Of a stretch of DNA of 24,656 nt, positions 8,328 through 15,634 are shown piece after piece; positions within the stretch are counted from its first letter, which is position 1, and each line of letters starts with the position of its first letter. Below the pieces are notes generated by a model. It was not told the origin of the DNA. It searched no databases and worked only from the letters and a program-made list of their open reading frames with translations. The DNA lies in contig JBMCLZ010000001.1 in the NCBI GenBank assembly GCA_048615025.1, positions 1 through 24,656 of the forward strand. Reading direction: 5' to 3'. The position numbers and the translations under genes are program-made. This DNA is from Candidatus Dojkabacteria bacterium (GTDB lineage: Bacteria > Patescibacteriota > Dojkabacteria > CALFHW01).

Positions 8328-9281
8328 ATATCTGTACGAACAGCTGAGGCTGTATCTACTGCAACCCATCTCATCCATACGGAACTAAATACTCTCGGGG
8401 AAAAATACAAACTACCAACAATAGATGATCTAGATGCTAGGATCCAATCTTACAAATCATACCTCCCAGAAATATCTGACCCAGCTAAGAAAGAATTGGT
8501 AGATAAAGCTCTGGCAATCGCGATAACAGTTCACAATGGTAAGGTAAGGCGTGTGAGCGGTGCTCCAGTATTTGAGGAGCATATTATGGCAGTGGCAAAT
8601 CTTTCGCACCAGATTGCACTTTCGAAATGTGAGGCTGGGGCAGAAATCGATCCAGTAGATGCTCTTGTTGCCGGGTTGCTACACGATTGTGTCGAGGACT
8701 ACGCTTGGCAGCTTGGTGATCATGATGCAAGGAAAGAAGCGATGCAATCGATGTTTAAGCTCATCCAAGAACTCTTTCCAGAAGAAATCTCACGATCTGT
8801 TTACTGGCTCACAGTAAATCTTTGTGATAACCAGCAGTTATATTACCCTCCCTGGCTAGATGGATACCAGAAAACAATATTGGAGACAGAAATGTGGAAG
8901 ATAAAATTGCCAATTGCCTCTGAGCTCAGCAAGGTTGTAAAGCTAGCAGATCTAGCACTTAACACTCATGATATGAAGGTTGCTCCAGATGGTTCCCAGG
9001 TCAACGGACCGCTTCAGCTAAAGATAGCTCAACGAATGCAGATTGTCAGGATTATTTGCAATGTACACTATCAGGTTGCTCAATATGTGATGGACAATCT
9101 TATGGGCATAAATGAAGAGAGTCTAATAATTCTGTCTCTCAGTGAGCAAAACACTGTCTTGCAACAGATCATGAGAATAAATTCACATAAAACAGATAGA
9201 GACCACGGGTCACCTGTGATCACACCGCCTGGACATTTCGCTGGGGTTGTTTCTCTTCAAACTCAAGTGCAAGGGAGTTGA
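8328..9281 (+). CDS. Stand-alone RelA/SpoT-type HD-domain hydrolase (small alarmone hydrolase/Mesh1-like)
   Basis: Motifs VHNGKVRRVSGAPVFEEHIMAVA (cf. H..Q.RKSGEPY..H), AGLLHDCVED, VYWLT, VVKLADLALN. The ORF track starts at TTG 8496, but the frame is open back to 8319; a start at ATA 8328 is proposed and is uncertain. Confidence 0.7.
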   Translation: MSVRTAEAVSTATHLIHTELNTLGEKYKLPTIDDLDARIQSYKSYLPEISDPAKKELVDKALAIAITVHNGKVRRVSGAPVFEEHIMAVANLSHQIALSKCEAGAEIDPVDALVAGLLHDCVEDYAWQLGDHDARKEAMQSMFKLIQELFPEEISRSVYWLTVNLCDNQQLYYPPWLDGYQKTILETEMWKIKLPIASELSKVVKLADLALNTHDMKVAPDGSQVNGPLQLKIAQRMQIVRIICNVHYQVAQYVMDNLMGINEESLIILSLSEQNTVLQQIMRINSHKTDRDHGSPVITPPGHFAGVVSLQTQVQGS

Positions 9282-9624
9282 TGCAGTATCTTTGCCCTGT
9301 AGGTTGGGGACCGTCGTTGAACACATGCCCAAGGTGCGAGTCGCAATTTGCGCACCGTACTTCAATTCGTTTCATGCTAAGGGAGTTGTCTTCTAGAAGC
9401 TTTATTTTCTTAGAATCGACTGCTTCATAAAAAGATGGCCAGCCAGAGCTAGATTCGAATTTTGTTTCTGAAGAAAACAGCTCATTCCCACAAGCTGCGC
9501 ACTTATACATGCCGCTTTGCTTGTTGTTGAGCAACTCTCCAGAAAAAGCGGGCTCTGTGCCCGCTTCCCTTAAAATCTTGTAACGCTCAGGAGATAGTTT
9601 CTCCTTCCATTCATTTTCCTCCAT
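9220..9624 (-). CDS. msrB: Peptide-methionine (R)-S-oxide reductase MsrB (zinc-binding type)
   Basis: GTEPAFSG, CAAC and CANC zinc pairs, KFESSSGWPSF, SHLGHVFNDGP, catalytic RYCINS. No signal peptide. Confidence 0.97.
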   Translation of the reverse strand: MEENEWKEKLSPERYKILREAGTEPAFSGELLNNKQSGMYKCAACGNELFSSETKFESSSGWPSFYEAVDSKKIKLLEDNSLSMKRIEVRCANCDSHLGHVFNDGPQPTGQRYCINSLALEFEEKQPQRNVQAV

Positions 9625-10254
9625 CTACTCTACAAACGTTCCAACAACTGGAATACCATCAAAGATATCGTCGGTATGAGGAGAATCTATGTTTGTAATA
9701 TCTTGCCCACCGTCTACTCCCTTGTGGTTACATCCTTCCCAAGCTTGCTGGTCGCTTACATCGTATACTGTTCCTCTATAAGCTACATAGCAGTTTTCGT
9801 CTGAGCTATATCTTTCCAGCTGAGCAAGAGTAAATTCACTGCTAGTTTCTGAGTTACTCGTTTCTTCTAACTTGTATGGGATGAGTCTTGCGAAATCATC
9901 CCCATGTCCTTCTGCGAAAGTTTCACTCATGTCGTCACCACAATCGAAGATATCCCCACCTGGGTGCTGGTCTCTAAGTGGCTGGACGTCGTACTTTTCG
10001 CCATTCACAGTAATAATACAAGTCTGGGCAAGCTCGCCAGTATCCAATTCACTCAACTGAGATGTTTCTGCAGCACTTGAATCTGACTGCGAATTAGCAG
10101 CACTCGAGCTGTTATCAGACTCTTCGTCGTCGCCAAGCAGCACAACGGCTGCTGCTACTGAGCTAATCAGTAAAATAAGAACAATCACCCCAATTCCAAC
10201 ATAAAATGATATTTTCGTAGATTTTGGTTCACTAGTATTTGATGCTGGATTCAT
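9625..10254 (-). CDS. Membrane-anchored protein with two tandem cytochrome b5-like heme/steroid-binding domains
   Basis: N-terminal TM helix after basic residues, then a Ser/Ala-rich linker. Domain 1: IITVNGEKYDV...HPGG...EGHG. Domain 2: FTLAQLERY...CYVAYRGTVYDVS...WEGCNH...GQDIT...SPH. Each has two candidate His ligands. Start at ATG 10254 preferred; TTG 10266 is the alternative. Confidence 0.85.
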   Translation of the reverse strand: MNPASNTSEPKSTKISFYVGIGVIVLILLISSVAAAVVLLGDDEESDNSSSAANSQSDSSAAETSQLSELDTGELAQTCIITVNGEKYDVQPLRDQHPGGDIFDCGDDMSETFAEGHGDDFARLIPYKLEETSNSETSSEFTLAQLERYSSDENCYVAYRGTVYDVSDQQAWEGCNHKGVDGGQDITNIDSPHTDDIFDGIPVVGTFVE

Positions 10255-10315
10255 TTTATTAATCAAAAAAATTATATTAAGCTTAAGTAGTTAAATATAT
10301 TATAGATTTGGATTC

Positions 10316-11650
10316 ATGAGAAGGAAGTTGTCGCTGTTTGCAATCTTTGCTTGTCTTGTTATTACCTTTAACCTATTCGTTATCGCAGCTCCCAATATCG
10401 ACTTCTACATAGAGGAGTACACACTTGCCATTGCCAAACTTACAGGTCTTTGGGGGTTCGTGTTGCTTGGGATCACGTTCTTTTTGTCTGGCAGGTGGGC
10501 AGTTGTCGACTATGCTTTCGAGGGGCAAGATCAGTCGTATAAGTGGCATCATAACCTTGGGCGTTTTGCACTAGCGGTGACGCTCCTGCACCCCATTTTC
10601 CTGATCTACCGGGCTATCCCAAACTCCGATAGAGTCTTAGAGCTTCTGCTTCCAGTTGGCTCTTTAGATGTTTCGTTTGGGATACTGGCACTCTACGGAT
10701 TCATTTTCCTCATAACCCTAACAGTTTTAGTCTCCCTCCCCTACCGTCTCTGGAAGGCAACGCATATTTTTATGAGCTTCCCACTGCTGCTTGCAGGTCT
10801 TCATATATTTTTTGTAGATGGGATTGTGCGTCAGGACGCGGTTCTTTTTGCCTGGATGGCTTTCTTTTTTGCCTTGGGGATTTTTTCTCAGATTTTTAGA
10901 AGGTTGATCTACCCATTCCTTTACTCTCGCACTTACAAAGTGAAAACTATCGAGCACATAGAAAAAGGCGTTATCTGGGATATTTGGCTAGAAGCAACTG
11001 GCAGGGTGCATGTATTCGCTCCAGGCCAGTATTTTTTTGCAAAGTTCTATAGCAAGGGTCTTAAGCAAGACGAGCATCCGTTTAGTGTTGCTAATTTCGA
11101 CGCTAGTGGGAAGGTTGTACGGCTTGGGATTAAAAACCTAGGTGATTTTACCTCTAAGCTTAGCTCATTAAGTATTGGTGATTATGTAGAATTGATGGGC
11201 CCACACGGTGGTTTTGGAGATGCTTATCTAGAAAACCTTTTACGAGTTGAGCAAGGTAATGCGTCTTCTGAGCAAAAACATATGGTTCTTATCGGTGGTG
11301 GGATTGGTGTTACTCCGATTCTTTCTCTCTTAGACCATGCGAAGCAGAATGCTGTGCAAGCCCCCATTACTGTGTATTACTCTACAGTTAAAGCAGAGGA
11401 AGCTGTCTATGAGAAAGAGATCAAAGAAGCAATTTCTGCTCTTCCAAATGCAAGTTACATCCCCTTCCCTGAAGAGACAAAAGGCTTCTTAAGCGCAGAG
11501 CAAATCTTAGAAGACACAAAGGCAGATCCAAAAGACATTCTCGCCTTCATCTGCGGCCCCCCTGGAATGATGAGCGCGCTAAGGTCCCAGCTACTAGCCA
11601 AAGGCACCCCCTCAGCTCAGATCATCAGCGAGGATTTTGGGTTTAAGTAG
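10316..11650 (+). CDS. Ferric reductase/NOX-family flavocytochrome (TM bis-heme domain, FAD-binding domain, NAD(P)H-binding domain)
   Basis: About 6 TM helices with His pairs spaced 14 (WHHNLG...LLHP) and 13 (THIF...GLHI), as in NOX/FRD hemes. FAD motif EHPFS, GDFTSKL, GPHGGF; NAD(P)H motifs GGGIGVTP and CGPPGMM; terminal EDF. Confidence 0.9.
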   Translation: MRRKLSLFAIFACLVITFNLFVIAAPNIDFYIEEYTLAIAKLTGLWGFVLLGITFFLSGRWAVVDYAFEGQDQSYKWHHNLGRFALAVTLLHPIFLIYRAIPNSDRVLELLLPVGSLDVSFGILALYGFIFLITLTVLVSLPYRLWKATHIFMSFPLLLAGLHIFFVDGIVRQDAVLFAWMAFFFALGIFSQIFRRLIYPFLYSRTYKVKTIEHIEKGVIWDIWLEATGRVHVFAPGQYFFAKFYSKGLKQDEHPFSVANFDASGKVVRLGIKNLGDFTSKLSSLSIGDYVELMGPHGGFGDAYLENLLRVEQGNASSEQKHMVLIGGGIGVTPILSLLDHAKQNAVQAPITVYYSTVKAEEAVYEKEIKEAISALPNASYIPFPEETKGFLSAEQILEDTKADPKDILAFICGPPGMMSALRSQLLAKGTPSAQIISEDFGFK

Positions 11651-12859
11651 GGTACTTATCTTTTCTTGTTTTAGGTCTAGCTGGCTATGATTTTCGGCAA
11701 CTATCGTGACTTGTGCTAGTTTAGGAAATCCAAGTTCTGGAGGACCAACTATATCGCCTTCTCTTGCAAAAGGCTTTATTTCTTCAATCCCTTCAAGGTT
11801 ATCTGTTGCTCTGGTAAATGCAGTAAACTTACCTAGCTCATCTGCGTAGATATAGAATACCCGGACAAACCTCTTAGGCATATTTTCTCTACTTTTGAGA
11901 TTACTACCACTAATGGTGTTAACAATCCCTGTGATGTAATCAAATCCATAAGCATATTTATATAGAGTTTGCCTGAATCCTCCCATTCGTGGGTTTATCT
12001 CTATTACTCCAATTTTCTCATGCTCTTTATCATATTTAATTTCTATGTGTAATACACACATTTTTAGCTGAAACTCCTGTATTAGTTTTTCCACACTTTC
12101 TCTAATGTGCGCGACTGTTTGTTTGTCTGAACTAACTGGAGTTTGTGAAAAGTCTATAGCTAAGGAGCTTGCAATGGTTTTCTGCTCTACTAGTGGGTAT
12201 AGTTTAATTTTCCCCTCCCAGTCGACTATGGCGTCGATTGAAAACTGTTTTCCTTGAATATAATCTTCTACTAGCCATTCCGAGCTAGTCAGATTCGCAT
12301 TCTGCTTTATCTCTCTAACTGTTTTTCTTAGAGTGTCTATACTATCAATTAGAAATACTCCCTTACTCCCACTTTGATTACTTGGTTTTAAAATGAATGG
12401 CAGATCAAACTTATGTGAGATTCTTTCTAGCTCAGCTAAATTACTAATTGCTTCACTTTTGGTAATAAAATCACTATTTATCTCAGACAAGTGACCTCTA
12501 AGAGAAACCTTGTCCTTAAAAGGGGTTAATTTTTGCAATACATTTTTTGCCGGCCTTAGTGAGTATTTTTCAGCTATCTCTATCGAAGTTCTAAGATATT
12601 TCTCTTCTCTAGGTATGATTAGGCACGAGTTGGCATTAATCTCCTCAAAGAATTTTTCCAGGTTTTCTTGCTTGATAGTCAGCTCGGCTAGAGAAATGGC
12701 TTCGTATATATTTGCGGGAAAGTCAATTCTATCGAGTTTTTTGCTAGAACTTTTGTTGCTTTTATCGACGATTATATTTACTTTTATTCCTCGCTTAGCA
12801 ATTTCTCTTGCTAACTCCAGCTGGAAGTTCCCAATAAATAGTACGTGTTCAATTTTCAT
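11612..12859 (-). CDS. ATP-grasp ligase, L-amino-acid ligase / ATP-grasp_4-like
   Basis: 415 aa. FKDKVSLR, FILKPSNQSGSKGV, WLVEDYIQG, LHIEIK...GVIEINPRMGG, plus a C-terminal domain like that of L-amino-acid ligases. Confidence 0.82.
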   Translation of the reverse strand: MKIEHVLFIGNFQLELAREIAKRGIKVNIIVDKSNKSSSKKLDRIDFPANIYEAISLAELTIKQENLEKFFEEINANSCLIIPREEKYLRTSIEIAEKYSLRPAKNVLQKLTPFKDKVSLRGHLSEINSDFITKSEAISNLAELERISHKFDLPFILKPSNQSGSKGVFLIDSIDTLRKTVREIKQNANLTSSEWLVEDYIQGKQFSIDAIVDWEGKIKLYPLVEQKTIASSLAIDFSQTPVSSDKQTVAHIRESVEKLIQEFQLKMCVLHIEIKYDKEHEKIGVIEINPRMGGFRQTLYKYAYGFDYITGIVNTISGSNLKSRENMPKRFVRVFYIYADELGKFTAFTRATDNLEGIEEIKPFAREGDIVGPPELGFPKLAQVTIVAENHSQLDLKQEKISTLLKPKILADDLS

Positions 12860-12861
12860 GC

Positions 12862-13644
12862 TCAGAAGAGTAATTTTGCCGGGTTAGTTTGTGTAAGCTT
12901 AGTATAAGCGTTAAACTGCGGGCTTCTGTTGTATTCAATCAGATACAAACTGCCAGAAGTTGTTTTAGCAATATCTAGCCCGATCATTTCGTAGTTAATC
13001 CCGCTCTCTTCAGCAAGTTTTGTAAGCACCATAGTAAATTGCTTGAGTTCTGAGGAAACTTCAGTTGCATCAGTAACTGCTAGTTTATTATATTCTGCTT
13101 TACTTCTTTTTATCCCAGCCAGAGGGAGTACGTTACCGGCAACTATCATAACTCTATATTCAGTCTGGATATCTAATTTGTCTTGAATGATGTACCCACT
13201 CTCCGAGTGCGGTAGCTTCTCAGAACTAAAGTATATGCCTTTAGATCTCGAACTAATTCTCTCTTTAATTAGTTCCGACCCATTAATCGGTTCCCCTTCT
13301 TCTTGGTCGTAAATAGTTGTCTTTGGCATGTAATCCCGAAAAACTTGATATTGCCTCCACTTGTCTTCAAAAAATATATCCTCGGTTTTCTCTAAGTTGT
13401 CTATCACCTTGATATTTTTGCTAGCACTCAATTTTTGGAATATCTTCTCTATCGTTGTCCTCACTTCTTCTAGCGGTCTCCCTGTGTTGAAAGGGTCTCT
13501 TAGATAGAGAACATCATCGTCATCTATCTCGTGTTCTTGCTCGCCGAAATAACTTAACTTGAACTCATGGTTTTCTCTGATTGCTTTCTCAAGCAGACCT
13601 ATAGATAGATCTTCTTCTGTTGTAATTACATGGATCTTACTCAT
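12862..13644 (-). CDS. RimK/LysX-like ATP-grasp ligase
   Basis: 260 aa. EDKWRQ, IKERISSRSKGI, YIIQDKL, EYRVMIV, MIGLDI...LYLIEYNRSPQF (cf. RimK G.D...LEVN.SPG). ATGA overlap with the upstream gene and a 2-nt gap to the downstream gene. Confidence 0.78.
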   Translation of the reverse strand: MSKIHVITTEEDLSIGLLEKAIRENHEFKLSYFGEQEHEIDDDDVLYLRDPFNTGRPLEEVRTTIEKIFQKLSASKNIKVIDNLEKTEDIFFEDKWRQYQVFRDYMPKTTIYDQEEGEPINGSELIKERISSRSKGIYFSSEKLPHSESGYIIQDKLDIQTEYRVMIVAGNVLPLAGIKRSKAEYNKLAVTDATEVSSELKQFTMVLTKLAEESGINYEMIGLDIAKTTSGSLYLIEYNRSPQFNAYTKLTQTNPAKLLF

Positions 13645-14501
13645 AATAAATCATATTCAATTAGTTTTAATTCATTAATACCAAACTTACCAGTCATCAG
13701 ATCCTCAATGCTATGTTTTTCTAGTAGTTTATTCACAATTGCAAAACCGATCTTGTATGCAGATCCCTTTGGGTATGCTCCAGGCAATCGCCCATCTATG
13801 AAGCCTCTTTTCACTCTCATTGTTGTAATGAATAATTCATTAGGGCTAGTGTGGGGGTATTGCCCCCCCAAAAGATGAAATGTTTCGAGGAAAGAGTGCT
13901 TTTTTGCAGTTATGACTGCTAAGTGCCTTGATCTATATCTATCCCAGACTTCTTTACTTAGCAGACCTTCCTTCCATTCTGAGTATACTGCTAGTCCCTC
14001 TTCCAAGAGAATATAGTCTGGTAGGATTGCATTTTTGATTAATGGATTGTTGGAGTAATTTGCCTTTACGCTTCTTAATACATGTGTCCCGATTTCGTGG
14101 ACAAGTAGCCTTCTAAATTGCAGCTCTGTTCTTTTTACTTCAATTCCTACTTGAATGGCCTTGTTGTCTTGCGATACAAAGATGTTGTAGGGCCTTTTAT
14201 CTGATATGTCTGCCTTCCACCCCTCAAATCTATCATCATTTCTCAAAGCTTGATTAAATCTATCCTTAAGTTGCTGGGCATTTAGCATTGGGGAGTTTAT
14301 GTGTTTCTCAGAGGGGAGTTCGCTTAGATCCGGAAAGTATTTCTCTAATTCTTCTACAACATCTTCTGAGTAATCCCATCTGTAGTTAGCATCCATGATC
14401 TCCTGTGTTAGTTGCCCCGTACCATAAGTTTGGGAAAGTTTATAGCGTGATTTTGTTGTATCCAGAAGATCTATGAAATAACTCTCTAGATCTTCTGGCA
14501 A
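13641..14501 (-). CDS. DUF1704 / MATCAP-type (tyrosine/phenylalanine carboxypeptidase domain) zinc metallopeptidase
   Basis: LLVHEIGTHVLR (HExxxH), LLEEGLAVYSE (EGLA third-ligand motif), TMRVKRG, GAYPKGSAYKIG, LMTGKF. TTG start; the true N-terminus is uncertain (see findings). Confidence 0.85.
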   Translation of the reverse strand: MPEDLESYFIDLLDTTKSRYKLSQTYGTGQLTQEIMDANYRWDYSEDVVEELEKYFPDLSELPSEKHINSPMLNAQQLKDRFNQALRNDDRFEGWKADISDKRPYNIFVSQDNKAIQVGIEVKRTELQFRRLLVHEIGTHVLRSVKANYSNNPLIKNAILPDYILLEEGLAVYSEWKEGLLSKEVWDRYRSRHLAVITAKKHSFLETFHLLGGQYPHTSPNELFITTMRVKRGFIDGRLPGAYPKGSAYKIGFAIVNKLLEKHSIEDLMTGKFGINELKLIEYDLL

Positions 14502-14568
14502 GTTTACATATTCTTAACATGTCAGATATTTCTTCCGAAAGGTCGTAGATAGCTTGTTTTTGTGTCTC

Positions 14569-14577
14569 TGTTATACT
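14569..14577 (+). promoter_or_regulatory. Extended -10 element TGtTATACT, 8 nt upstream of the PRTase ATG
   Basis: TG at 14569-14570, TATACT at 14572-14577, ATG at 14586. No SD motif. Confidence 0.55.
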
Positions 14578-14585
14578 TTTAGTCA

Positions 14586-15008
14586 ATGAAGAATTATATC
14601 GAATTTTCGCAGATTAAGGCAGCGATTGCAGAATACGAGAAGTTAGAAGAGCTTAAGCAGTTCGAAAAGGTTATTGCTGTTACAAGAGGTGGGCTAGTTG
14701 TGGCTGGGGTATTGTCGCAACATTTAGAAACTCGCTGGTACGATGCGGCTTGTGTGAAAAGCTATAGGGGGGCAGACGATCAGGGAGAGTTGGAAATAAT
14801 CAGAGCAAACCCCACCGAAGAGAGAGTTTTGTTGGTTGAAGATGTTGTCGATACAGGCGAGACGATCCAATCTCTAAAAAAAATATATCCGAATTCGGCC
14901 GTATTTGCCCTGCATGTTAAAAAGGATAAATCAAAATTTATTCCTGACTTTTACCTATGGGAGGCAGCAGCAGATGAATGGCTTGTTTACCCATGGGAGC
15001 TAGAGTAG
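14586..15008 (+). CDS. Type I phosphoribosyltransferase, xanthine-guanine PRT (Gpt)-like
   Basis: VIAVTRGGLV, PRPP-binding VLLVEDVVDTGETI, C-terminal WLVYPWE. Confidence 0.88.
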   Translation: MKNYIEFSQIKAAIAEYEKLEELKQFEKVIAVTRGGLVVAGVLSQHLETRWYDAACVKSYRGADDQGELEIIRANPTEERVLLVEDVVDTGETIQSLKKIYPNSAVFALHVKKDKSKFIPDFYLWEAAADEWLVYPWELE

Positions 15009-15016
15009 AATTACCT

Positions 15017-15634
15017 ATGAAGTTTATTATATTTCGCCATGGACAGCGCGATAAACTACCAGGTACAGATTTCGAGATGGTACATTACCAGATTGGGCTA
15101 ACAGAGCAGGGGATTGGGGAAATCGAACTATTGGCAGAGGAGTTGAAGGCAAAATACAGGTTGAATTCAGAAAACACCCTTCTCTATTCTTCCCCAATGC
15201 CTAGAGCCGTGCAAAGTGCGGAGATCGTTAGGCAAAGATTAGGGCTTGCGAGGTTTTATCTTTCCAAGTCTTTCGAAGAAACATATATTGTGCGCGATTA
15301 CTCAGGCAGTATCGAGGAGAATATCGCCTTGGAGCATTATTACTACTCTCACCCAGACGAAGTCGATGAGCATTCAGGCTTTTCGTACAATATGCTTGTA
15401 GATCGCGTCTTTGCGCAGTTAAGAGAGATCGCCGAGCAAGAGATCGAAAATGTCCTTGTTTCTGCGCACGGCGGGGTTGTTCGGCATAGCGCGTTTAGAG
15501 TAAACCCGGAGATAAAGCCAGAAGTACACCCACCAACCTGGGACGACATCCCCACAGGAGCATATTCTGTGTTTAACTACGACAAGACTACAGATAACTT
15601 CACTCTCGAGGAGCATGCAATCAAGCCAGGGTAG
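15017..15634 (+). CDS. Histidine phosphatase superfamily protein
   Basis: MKFIIFRHG (ATG 15017 preferred over the track start at 14978), LYSSPMPRAVQSA, LVSAHGGVVR. Confidence 0.88.
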   Translation: MKFIIFRHGQRDKLPGTDFEMVHYQIGLTEQGIGEIELLAEELKAKYRLNSENTLLYSSPMPRAVQSAEIVRQRLGLARFYLSKSFEETYIVRDYSGSIEENIALEHYYYSHPDEVDEHSGFSYNMLVDRVFAQLREIAEQEIENVLVSAHGGVVRHSAFRVNPEIKPEVHPPTWDDIPTGAYSVFNYDKTTDNFTLEEHAIKPG

